A stretch of 59,743 nucleotides of DNA, counting the filler, from Dirinaria sp. TL-2023a (Eukaryota), in NCBI GenBank assembly GCA_051941275.1. It is 3 parts of 3 records of this genome, joined end to end, with 100 filler letters (N's around TTAATTAATTAA, not from the genome) between each part and the next. Parts side by side here need not be neighbours in the genome. Positions count along the whole stretch, not along the records: positions 19,966 to 39,816 come from JAVEBF010000310.1; 2 more parts are not named here. The stretch is one strand, 5' to 3'. This document shows positions 23,201-33,920 of the stretch, piece after piece (positions within the stretch are counted from its first letter, which is position 1; the number at the start of each line of letters is the position of its first letter). A program made the translations under genes and the position numbers. The notes below the pieces were generated by a model. That model made no database searches. It was not told the origin of the DNA and worked only from the letters and a program-made list of their open reading frames with translations.

Positions 23201-25909
23201 GGATGCCTATGATCGAGCCAATATAGGCGTTCAGCCATACCAGCAACGCGAGGATGTGCTTTCGTAGACGGAGCATCTTCAAGGGTGGGATAAAGGGTTG
23301 CTCTCATGATATCCGCGATTACCGGATGCGCTCGTCGTTGGATATCTAAACGGCTTGTAGGAAATGGTCGGATGCTCGAGAGTGAAGGATACATCATTCG
23401 CTCGAACAGTGACTGGTCAAGTCGGTATTTCTCGCTGTTCTCGGTGGCCATTTCTTGCTCATTGACCTGTGCCCTCAGCTGCAAAGGGTCACCGATGAAA
23501 ATGGCATGCTTGATAGATGGAAAAAGCGTGCAAAGGCTGTGTGCTTCAATAACTTCTCCAGCCTCTTCGCATATGACAGTCTTCATATCAAGCTTGCTGA
23601 GCAAGGGCCAATATTTGGCACAGGCTGTTGTAGTCAATCCAATGACGTCCTGCTGACCGAAGCGGTGAACGTCGTCGTCAGTGCGAGTTTGGTGTCTCTG
23701 TCGAAGCGCTTGCTGGTGCCGTCGGTGGAGCTCCACAGCTTGATCCACAAGCGTTGCTATTCCAATCTCGTCCTGCCACTTCGCGACCAAAGCCAAGCGT
23801 TCCGATTGCGGCATCGTCCAAATGCTGGGCGATGGATCAGATGCGACGTGCTCGGTGTTCTGTACGATTTCTTGGACGATTTTGTCTTTTAGTTGATCGA
23901 CATCTCCGGAATCCATACCCGCTCCCTTCTTCCCTTGCATCTTGGCTTTGTACATCCCTTGTATGATAGCTTCGTTTTTCCCCAGAATGTTATGAAAGGA
24001 TACAAGAAGGCTTTCAATATCCTTAAGGTCGCCACCGTTGCACCAATACTCGAATGCAAAGCCACCTCCCTGCTGGGACACTTTGGCCTGGTCTATGGTT
24101 CGTCCGGGACTCAGACACTCAACCTCGGCCAAAGAACGACATATCTCGGGGTAATTCAGCTCCAGGTGCGACCGGACTGCTGTCCAATGGATGGTCGTGC
24201 TGTTAAAGGAGTTACATATCCCTGCTCCCTGAACGCATAGCCCTGTGACCTGTAAGCGAATCGAATTGCGGAATTAAGCACTGCCAGACCTTCTAAGCGG
24301 TCCTTCCACAAGGCCCAAGCAGAACTATTTCTCGACAGCCCTTTGAGCCGGTGACTGAGTGCTCGAGGCTGATATCGTTCCGTCCATTGCTCCTTGCTTC
24401 CACCTCCAAGTCGGACCAACTTGTCAATGCCGTCTTTAAGCAGGTCTGCTAAGAAGCTGTCCAGTGCATGGTTGGTCATGCAAACGACCATTATAGGTCT
24501 CGAATCTTCTATGTCCCTGGAGGCAAGCAGCACTTTTGCAAGGGAGACTCCAAGAAAGGTCTTTCCAGTGCCTGGTGGTCCTTGTGTGAACGCCAATCCT
24601 CGCGAGAGGTTCTCACAGAGCGCAGTAGCTTGCCCTTGGTCTAGAGTAGTTTGAAGGCGCAACGAATCGTGCATGGATTGCCGTACCTGTTGATCTCGGA
24701 AGTACTCTTGAGGATTCAGTTTCAATGGTTCTTGCGTTTCGGGTTGACGACCTTTGCGAAGGACGCTAAGATCATATCCAGTACTATCTCGAGAGAAGTA
24801 TTGAGGCGGCTGATTGAAATTCGTTGCGTTAGGGTTTGCAGATGTTATGGACGCCGCGAATGCCATTTGCTCATCCGAGTGCGACATTATCTTCAAACGT
24901 TCGAGACACCATGAGAACCCAGCAAGTAGGACCCTTGGGAAGTCTATTAGGACGAAGTGCTCCGAGAGGATGCTCTGCTTATTAAATAACAGCCTCCTCG
25001 CAGCAGGCAAGTCATGAGGGTCGGCCAAAGCAACTAAGCAAGATGCTTCCAGATGTTAGAATCACTCAAGCTGATAAGGCAAGCCAACTTACCACGAAGG
25101 TCATTGTCAGTCTTAGACCTCATTGCCAATGTACTCTCACGTCTGACGACCTCGACAAATGTCACTGAAATAAGAGATGTTTCAGGTTCGAGCCCGATCA
25201 ATGCAGCTAGCATGCCTTCTTCGAGGCATTGCGCAGTGCGCATGGCTTTTCCACGTAACAATCCAGGACAAGCGAAGCTAAGGCGGAAAGCCAAACCATG
25301 TTTGGGATGGAACTCTATCTCCTCAAAGCCAACATCGCGGAACATGGAGTACGAAATGTCTCGAGGTGTTCGCATACGATCATCATAGTCCAGAGCTTTG
25401 AGATTCTGGGCCATGGTTGTAAGATTTTGGCATGCATGATAACAGATATCGATGATCGATTCGGTATTGTCGTATCGTAGATGACGGAAATGTAAATCTA
25501 GTATTTTTGCAATATCGTCTGTCGTGTGACTGGCACCGTTCTTGATAGGCATATAAGGTCGCCGCAAAGAGAGTATTTCGTCTGCTGTTGGTAGAACTTT
25601 GATTTTGAAGATGTTTTCTTGGTCATTATTGTGGCGTGGGCCATGATGAGAAAGATGGCCTGGGCCGTCGATGTCGAGTTGTGTTTCATCATCCGGAGCA
25701 CGCCTCGGCTCTACAGACAGGATATTTGGTTCCGTTTGAAGCTCAGTATTCTCGTAAACATGCTCGACCGGCTCGCAGATCATATGAGACTGAGAACACC
25801 GCTCTCCTTTCCGACAAAATCCATGGAGAAAGTCGTTGCATAAGGAAGCCGAAGCTGTTTGTGGTAAAGACGAGGTATATAAGGATGGCGCAGCTTTTAT
25901 TCCTGCCAT
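20263..25909 (-). CDS. ZNFX1-like (NFX1-type zinc finger) SF1/UPF1-like RNA helicase, 3 coding exons: 25909-25093, 25045-24290, 24242-20263
   Basis: N-terminal CCCH finger (CNDFLHGFCRKGERCSQSH); Walker A QGPPGTGKT; MTNHALD; ICEEAGE; IGDPLQL; SLFER; LTPYNGQ; TIDNFQGEE; NVACSRA; tandem NF-X1 fingers; C-terminal CxxGHxY...CPECG. Introns 25092-25046 and 24289-24243 restore the frame. Probable 5'-UTR intron at 26037-25968. Confidence 0.9.
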
Positions 25910-27238
25910 GGGTGCAGTTGGTCCAAACAAGTTGATGATGAGGCAGAGGCAGCAAATCGAAGCGATACTGCAAGTTAGACTTGATCAGCTTGAGGGCGAT
26001 CAATATATATTAGAGAAAATGCGTTGAAGAGTCATACCTAATATCTTCAGCTCGTGCAGTACCAAAGTAGCTGAGGATTATCCAGAGTGGACTAAAGAAT
26101 GTGAGAAGGTGTCGGAGAAAGTGAAGTTTTCGCACGATCAACCGGGTGGCGAATATATTAGCATTGGGCTCCACTTTTCGCTCGCTTCACATCTCGCTTC
26201 AATGCCCTAATTTGATATCAAATAGCAACATCCTTGTTCCGGAGCTCACATGGATTCCCTGCATTATATTTCAGGCCCTGAGCTTCAACACTTGATATAA
26301 ACCTGGTTGCAAGGTCTTTTTGTACAGATCGAAGATACCATGGCATGGCTGTACTGGATCTTGGCATTGTCTTGGATTCGTTCAGTGTCACCATTCATGC
26401 ACTATTACCAGAATCCTTTTTATATCATCCAAAGGCAGCCTGGAACCTGGACAACGCACCGTATTAGGCCTCTGGCACTAAAGCACATATTATTCTTCCA
26501 TCCTCTTCTTTTCTAAGGTCGGGGAGAGTGCTACTATGCTTTGCCTTCAGCTGCACGAACATAGAGCGAGGAACTTCTGAGCTCTGAGCTTCCCTACCTT
26601 ATATAGTAATGCTTTAGATTACCGGGCATGCGTAAAGACATCTTAGCGTAGAGTCTGTGCGACTATCAACAGATCCCAACAAGAACTTTTTGTCAAGAGC
26701 ACGGATCCACGGATTGTTGATGGGGCTTTTTGGCTTATTAAGCACTTTCTAGATGAAGATCTTATGTGCTTGCCATGCTGATGTGGGTGGTGTGATAGAT
26801 GTCGTTAGATTCCATTTTTATCTGTTTTGTTCTCTACTTTCTAGGATCAAGTCTGGTTTGGATGTTTCGGGGTCGATAGATTCAAATGAGCTGAGGCAAT
26901 TTTTGTCCAGAAATGTCCAAGATACGAGCAAAAAGCTACCAAGACTTGACAGTCAGATAAATAGGTGGTGAATGCTTCAATTAAGCTCAGCTTCGAGCTT
27001 AGCATTATGATCTAGCTTGAGCTATTCTTCAAGGAGCAATAAATACGTTGGGTATCAAGCATTCGAATCGCCGATTTTTAGACAAGAAGCTTTAAGCAAG
27101 GCAAAATAATGAGACAGCTGGTGAATGCCTAGGACGAGACACATTCTGCAAACCATTTGAAGTTTGAGTTTCCACCTTACTGACGACCACTCTTCGAATT
27201 GAGACTCGACTAGAAGGGTGAGCAAGCTCGTAGAGTAG

Positions 27239-28672
27239 CTAATCGGGGTCCCTCTTGCTTTTACCGGCCCGTTTCGCCTTTCTAGTGCTGTTGAGTTTTG
27301 TCAGCGCGTCCCCAGAGAAATAAGAAGGGGCCATCAGCTCACGGTCTGAGCTCGTTGGCGATCTTTGCCTATGTCAAGTTTAGAATGCGATTCGTATCAA
27401 AGAGGGACTTTCTCACATTGGCACCATCATCTGCACCCGCGTTATCATTCTCGACGCTCTTCTTAGGGCCCCTCTTTGCTTTGGGGGCCTTTCCAGCCGG
27501 TCCGACAGTATCCTCTTCAGTGACCTTGGGCTTTCTTCCACGAGGTTTCTTCGGCGGTGGCGCCTCATCAGAGCCTGAGGCATCGGCGACGGCGTCTTCC
27601 ACTACTTTTTTGTCTCTCTTAGCGGACGCCTTGGCCTTTTTCGCTGGAGCCGCTTCGATGTCCTGGTCCTTTGCCTTTTCAGCCTTCTTTGCAGGGGCCT
27701 TGGTCTTCTTCTTTGGCGGCTCTTGTACATCGTCAGCTTCGTTGTCCTCATCGTTCCCTGCCTTGGCTCGTCCGCGTTTTTGGGGCGCTGCTTTGCGGCG
27801 CTTGGGGATTGGGCTGGGGCTAGGAGTTTGGCCAGGGGGGGGACTTGGCTCGGGGCTAGTGCTGCGGTTCAGGCTGGGGCTAGTGCTCAGTGCGGCGTCT
27901 TCTATTTCCTGTATGATGCAAGCGTCCTCACAGTCAGCTTAAAAGAGGTTTGGAGCAGGGTTCAGGAGCGCTCCGCGAGAATTTCCACCCTGAAGAATAA
28001 TTTTTTTCAACATACCAGCCGGTCTCTGAGCTTCCTGTCATGATTATCACGGTAACCTCGCTGGCCCGGGCGATTCTTTTCCACATCCTGCGCGTAATCA
28101 ATAAGAGAGATCTTCGTGATTTGGTATGCTTGAGTCTTACACCTGACCACTCCTCGTCATCAACATGTCCTTGGTCGAAAGCCCTGCGAACTTTCTCCTG
28201 AAGATCATCTGGAAGCTCATCGTAACCATCGAGATTGTCAAAGCTGCCGTTGATCACGCCATTCATGTTCGCAATTTGTGCCGGTGTCACACAACCCCTT
28301 CAGCCTTCTCAGAGAGGCGTTTTCAACGGGTCAGAAGATAGGGGACTCACCAATGCCTCCACTTCCACGACTGGCGCTCCCGAATAGTAACCATTGTACC
28401 TTGACGCAAGTCTCCTTTAGGGATTTTCTCTCCTTTCTCCTTACAACGCAAATTGGCGCAGCCCGAACGCTGGGATTTAGCTAGTTCTAAGTATCGATAA
28501 GTAGGTGGCCCGGGCAAGTCTAGAAAATAATGAAATAATATCTCAACATTGATGAATAGGTACACACGATATGCACGGCCTTATGAGGATGGACTGGAAA
28601 AAAATTACGAAACATTTGAGATGATGAACTGATTGGAAACCTAAGCGTTCACTCACCGAGTCGGTACGACAT
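27239..28672 (-). CDS. PARP-type zinc finger protein (Hpz1-like) with Lys/Ala/Glu-rich tail; multi-exon (28672-28657, 28486-28351, 28297-28141, 28087-28016; 3' exons less certain)
   Basis: Spliced MSYRLELAKSQRSGCANLRC...KIPKGDLRQG...WKWRHWGCVTPAQIAN...LDGYDELPDDLQEKV, the zf-PARP pattern; no PARP catalytic domain. Confidence 0.85.
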
Positions 28673-28877
28673 TTTGTGCTCTTCTGGACAACGGAGTGGA
28701 TGTTACGGATTCAGTAAGTCAACATGTCTTACGAGGTTGCGGCAATGAAGGATTTGATTCCAACAAGTCAAAAGCTTTCAGAATCAATGCCACGCAGGTG
28801 ACTACGGTTGGTTTTGTTGTCAGATGCCAGTGACCTGTAGTAGAAGTTTCTGGAGATAGATCGTGGTCAAAAAAGTG

Positions 28878-28883
28878 ACGCGT
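28878..28883. promoter_or_regulatory. MCB element upstream of the zf-PARP gene
   Basis: ACGCGT about 205 nt upstream of the ATG at 28672. Confidence 0.45.
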
Positions 28884-29279
28884 TTGGTGTTAAACGACCA
28901 TGTAAAGTGTACGACTACCAAGGCTCTAACCACTTTTGGCATTTAATCAACACGAAACTAACCTACATAAGTAAGCCTATGCCAAGACATATCGAAGCCG
29001 AGGCAGTACAACCGAGAACCGTTTCTTCAAAGTCTGAAGGTATGTCCTGCCGCCATAACTGCTCTTGTATAAATATTCGACAAGGCAATCGAGAAGGAGG
29101 GCTTTCTTCTTTTGGTGAGAGAGGTATGACTGAGGTAGGCCCTGTATCATTGTTTCGCCCTGCAATATAATCTCACCATTTGGTTTTATTAGGAATCATG
29201 ATTTCATCACACCGGCTCTTCCAATCTGCTATGTATTGGGTGATTGCCCGATTCTTCTGGATGACAAGAGCCGGCTAGC

Positions 29280-32198
29280 ATGCACAAGTATGCCTCAAGA
29301 CTAATCTACAATGTAAATCACGTCTTCAAACGTTCGCCTTCAAGCTCGACATACCTCCCTCCGAACGCCTTTCGTCTTAATGGCTGGTGGCGAAGAGTTT
29401 ACGCAACTGAAGCCCCTGCTTTGGGCAACACCGACCAGCCTTTCTACGATGAAGGGGATTCATCGATTTCAGAACTACCGTCGAATCCACCAAATCTCGT
29501 CGAGGAGACGGCTAGATTGCCTGAATCAAAGCAGCGAGGTGACCCGGAAGCCTGGCTAGCGCTGCTCAAAACATATCTGCCAGTAGAGCTACGCTCAGGC
29601 CGAGAAAATTCATCGCCAGAGCCACTAGCATTGCATGGAGTGCAGCCTATTCACACATTGCCAGCGCTACTCGCGGCATCGCGATCAACAGCACCGCTTA
29701 AAGTAGATCCTTTGACTTACCTCGGATCGCATGACGGCAGATGGGACAGCGTCATATGGCTTGTGAAAGCTTTGATAGTAGAGTCTTCCGTGCGCCTAAA
29801 TCTCAATGATCTGGTAAAGCAAACGCAGTACCCACCGTGGGAATCCGGTCTAGAACAACACTCAACATTGGATGAGCTGACTGGAGGCTCGATACGTTTG
29901 AACGAGGTAGACCTTTCGAAAACCAATGGAGAAAGCCTCGACCATTTGACAAACAAAAGCCTTTCCGTACCATCTCCTCCAGGTCATAGAGGACTTGGTC
30001 AGGTCTGGGCTAGCGTTGCTTCCATGATCTTGGAGGCGACTGATCTTCCTGCGGACGATAACGAACATAAAGCTACGATGTCTCATGCTCTCGAGATCAT
30101 CGCCCATCTCCACCATGTCGATGCTCTCCCTCGTACCATCTACACTTATTCTCCTAGCGAGGATCCGTCCGTCATTTGCAAGCCTCCCACGTTATACCTT
30201 CTAGCGTACCGGATCATGACCGTCCTTTCCGACTCAGCATGGAAGGCATATGACGAAGATGTGCGTAAAGAAGGTCATTCTATAGGAGCAAACACATCAT
30301 ACAAAGGCCATGAATTACCAGGTCCACCATTACAGCCGCGAATCAACGGGCTCGGTAGTGAGATATGGATTGAATTGGTACTGTGGTGCTGCATCGAAGC
30401 CGGTTATATTTCAGAAGCAGCGTGGGTGGTCACAGAAATGGCCAAGCGGAGAGGCAGTCAAAGGTGGAAAGTTATCGACTGGCACTCTATCAGCGAAAAG
30501 GCCGAGTCAAAACTCAACTGGAGTGCGACGATTGAACTCGAAATAACCAGATCCCGCATGAATCAGATCGGCAGCGGTATCGGTATCGCAGGCCATAGCG
30601 GAGCTCCACCACTGGTGCAGATGGGCCCTCGCACCATTAGCCGAGAAGTCATCCTGGCGCTTATGGATGCTCTTGGTAATGCTTTTGATCCATGTATGGA
30701 TGGACAGTCTGCCAGCAATGTCCCAGCCATGACTACGCGGTATATGAATGCATGCAAGACTCTGCTGGGCCGTAGCGCGCACGGTCTTGAGGACAGCTTA
30801 ATGAACAAGAGTATTCTGAACACAGTTGAGTCTGGCATGGTCGACCAGAAAAACACTCCAAGAGAATTAGAACAGATTTTGGCAATGTCGCCGGCTTATC
30901 GAGCGAAGACCGAAAGTCAGGGATTCTTAGAAGATGCCAATTCTCCTTTACAGATTTATGAGGCAGATTATTCCACTGCCTGCATAGGCCTATTACATAA
31001 AGCTCTATATGCATTCTCTCGCCAAAGCAATCTACAAGGGGCTCTCAGAATGTTCCAAAAACTACAAAGCCTCGTTGATACGAATCATCGGAGGCATATA
31101 GCTGAGTTTACCGAGGAGGTGCAGCGAAAACACTCGAGCGATGAGCATGACGGTGGGAATATGATTACTGATTCCATATATGACATGATCCCCAGCGTGC
31201 ATTCGGAGCTTCCGGTCTATGTTCTAGCTTCCTTGCTCGATTTGGTCACCCAGGCAGGCTCTTATGAGTTCGGGGACTGGTTGCTGTTCAGCAACGATGT
31301 CGACGGACCTTTGATACCCCCGTCACTTTACTCGGAAGGAGCTCTCGAGCCGGCCTTACTCCGCTTTGCTGAAGCTACAGCGAATGGAGAACTCTTTGCA
31401 AGAATTAGCGACAACTTGCAACCGCCCTTACCCAGGAACATCCTAAGGACACTACTCCACTGCCAAATCGCCTTGGGTAAGTGGGACGCCGCTGAGGACG
31501 TCTTCAGACATTTCCAAAGCGAGGGACATGAAGCAATAAAAGCAAAAGATATCATGGCTGTAGCAAGGGCTCTTTTGCGCGAGGAAAGGCACTCGCCTGG
31601 CTTGGACCCGTCGCAGCATCGAGGCTATGCCCTGCTGCAGGACCTATTGCGAGGGAAATTAAATCCCCCTCGCAGCCTCTTCACCGTTCGAGATTACTCC
31701 GACTACCGCCTCCTGACCCAAATAGGTCGAATACTCAATTCACTTCCTGGCAGTCTGGGCCAAATGCCTGCGCACACCTTCTCTGGTTCCGGACGCGCAA
31801 ATGCGCCAATCGTAGTACCCACCAAAGCGTTCAACACCCTCCTTGAAGGCGTCGTTGAAGCTTATGGAAGCCTTGCCGCCCGTAAGGTTTGGACTCAATG
31901 GTGTCTTCCCCTGGAAGAACTTCGAAGAGTAGAACCTGGTCAAGCTCCGCGACATCTAGGCGAGGAACATGTTGTAACACCCTCGCTGCAAACGCTCCGG
32001 GTGCTCATGCGCCCCATGGTCAAGGCTGGCAAGATCTGCAACAGGGAAGAGGCCGAGCTCGTCGCTTGGGCGATTGAAGCGGCACGCTCGCTCGGACTCA
32101 ATGCAAAGGAAATCTATCACGAATTGTCCGGATTGGTCCACCGACCTAAATCGCCTGACGAGCAGCTGGTGGTCAAGGTAGCCAGTGCTGAGGAATGA
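29280..32198 (+). CDS. Uncharacterised alpha-helical protein, probably a mitochondrial PPR-like protein
   Basis: 972-aa single ORF; basic N-terminus ending RRVYAT (presequence-like); PPR-like helices (ILRTLLHCQIALGKWDAAEDVF, AFNTLLEGVVEAYG). Function is inferred. Confidence 0.7.
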   Translation: MHKYASRLIYNVNHVFKRSPSSSTYLPPNAFRLNGWWRRVYATEAPALGNTDQPFYDEGDSSISELPSNPPNLVEETARLPESKQRGDPEAWLALLKTYLPVELRSGRENSSPEPLALHGVQPIHTLPALLAASRSTAPLKVDPLTYLGSHDGRWDSVIWLVKALIVESSVRLNLNDLVKQTQYPPWESGLEQHSTLDELTGGSIRLNEVDLSKTNGESLDHLTNKSLSVPSPPGHRGLGQVWASVASMILEATDLPADDNEHKATMSHALEIIAHLHHVDALPRTIYTYSPSEDPSVICKPPTLYLLAYRIMTVLSDSAWKAYDEDVRKEGHSIGANTSYKGHELPGPPLQPRINGLGSEIWIELVLWCCIEAGYISEAAWVVTEMAKRRGSQRWKVIDWHSISEKAESKLNWSATIELEITRSRMNQIGSGIGIAGHSGAPPLVQMGPRTISREVILALMDALGNAFDPCMDGQSASNVPAMTTRYMNACKTLLGRSAHGLEDSLMNKSILNTVESGMVDQKNTPRELEQILAMSPAYRAKTESQGFLEDANSPLQIYEADYSTACIGLLHKALYAFSRQSNLQGALRMFQKLQSLVDTNHRRHIAEFTEEVQRKHSSDEHDGGNMITDSIYDMIPSVHSELPVYVLASLLDLVTQAGSYEFGDWLLFSNDVDGPLIPPSLYSEGALEPALLRFAEATANGELFARISDNLQPPLPRNILRTLLHCQIALGKWDAAEDVFRHFQSEGHEAIKAKDIMAVARALLREERHSPGLDPSQHRGYALLQDLLRGKLNPPRSLFTVRDYSDYRLLTQIGRILNSLPGSLGQMPAHTFSGSGRANAPIVVPTKAFNTLLEGVVEAYGSLAARKVWTQWCLPLEELRRVEPGQAPRHLGEEHVVTPSLQTLRVLMRPMVKAGKICNREEAELVAWAIEAARSLGLNAKEIYHELSGLVHRPKSPDEQLVVKVASAEE

Positions 32199-33920
32199 GC
32201 ATTGCTTTTGATGTAGGTACCGAGGAGATATGGTTTTGTACAAAAGGGAATGAAGTTTGAAATGTACATAACAGGCTCTGAGCGAGGTGTGGTAAGATAT
32301 ATTCAGCGGCTGCGGTACATATGTAGTCTATCCTCGTTCTAGTATATATGCATCGTTGGAAAAAGACAACAACCAAATCATCGGCTCTCGCCCAAAGTAC
32401 CAAACCCTACTACTTCGCCTTCATCATCTCCTCTACATTCCGCCTCAAATCCTCACAAGAACTCACAAACCCCCAGTTCCGCGCACAACTGAACTCGACT
32501 CATCTCCGCACACATCAATGAAATGCACGCAATCCCACCCCGTCGTAAACGACACCTTGCAAAGTTGCGTCTCACATACTGATCTGTATTCGCACCTGCG
32601 CAAAGCATTGTTCCAAGACTACCTCTCTCCAGAAATTCCTAACATGGCGCTTTTTTTTGTGACCCCAGAGCCCGGACATCTGGCTTTTATGCTTTCAGAT
32701 ATCCGCCTTTTCTTTCATTTCCCGGGTTTTCTTGATATGCAGCATCCAACTCTGGGCTGGGCTTGCGTTCCATGTATATCCCTCATCAGTAGTCGCCCTC
32801 CCTCGGGAGCGGGATAGGGATGGCGAGAGGAGGAAGTTGTGCAAGTCGAATGTTACGATGGGTTGTGCTGAGTCGATGAGGATGGCGGGGGCTGTTGTTG
32901 AGGGAGTTTGATAGTTGAGGTTGCTGCGGAGAAAGGATATATGACAGGATTGAGGGGCGTGTTCAAAATCGCATGTTGGGGATGAAGAGGACCATAGCCA
33001 GTGGTTTGCCGAATGGCCACTGAGGGCGCGGGCGTTGTTAGGCTGGGTTTGGCCACAGCCGGAGGCATTTTGGGGAACAGTTCTGCTACCGCATCATCCT
33101 ATCTACGAACTTCATTGTGAGATAAGTAGGAGGTAAGAAGGATAAAACATATAAGCTGCACGGGAATATGAACTCGTTTCGAGTAGCAGAAGCCTGCTAC
33201 CCTGCAGACTGATAGGTTATCGTAGATGGAAACTCGACAGGAAGGCAAAGAGTCGCTGGGAGGGAGAGATAGGTCTGTTTCCAGTGAGTGTCTCAGTTAT
33301 AGAGATCAATCGATGGTGGAATCTTGGCTGCTTTGCCCTGTTCACTGGGGCTTCTCCCGATGCTCCGGGGTTCTTCGTTGCATTGAACCTGATCGTAGTG
33401 ATGTTTTCGGTACTTTGCTATCCATAATTTGACAGCCAGCCGTATAGAAATAACATACACACCAAAAAGATTCAAGCTCAAAGGCCGAATAAGTCGTGTG
33501 ATATGGAGATGAGAAGCGGAAATGGACTGGTGGAGTAGAAGAGACTCTGGAGATAGACGGAGTCACGGAGATCTCTCTCCAAGACAGATTGAGGCTGAAG
33601 GCCATGCGAGTGCCAAGCCTTCCAGTTACCCCACGCGAGCTTCGGCTCTCAACGATCTCTATTTGCAGATGTCAGGACAAAAATTTCGAGGAACAGCAAA
33701 CGCCTCATTCAACAATTCATACTTAAAAGTCTATCTCTTTTCGCGCAGCCCAGAAACTCCCCCATCATCAGCTCACGGCCAAAAATACTTTCATACAGCC
33801 ACAAACTTTCCCAAGTGCCTGAACGTACCTAAAGATAAATAGACCTAAACACGAAAACCCCCCATAACCGGATCCCGACTCTATTCTTTGACCAATCCCA
33901 TTTTTTACGCCCTCGCTATC

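Noticed and set aside
26300..27100. Stop-interrupted coding-like sequence between the helicase and zf-PARP genes
   Set aside because: Could be a decayed gene, but no family is recognisable; needs blastx.
27298..27942. 214-aa plus-strand hydrophobic ORF
   Set aside because: Antisense shadow of the Lys/Glu-rich tail of the zf-PARP gene.
32356..33068. Short ORFs (153 aa plus strand, 71 aa minus strand) between the PPR-like gene and SND1
   Set aside because: I could not build a consistent spliced model or recognise any motif.
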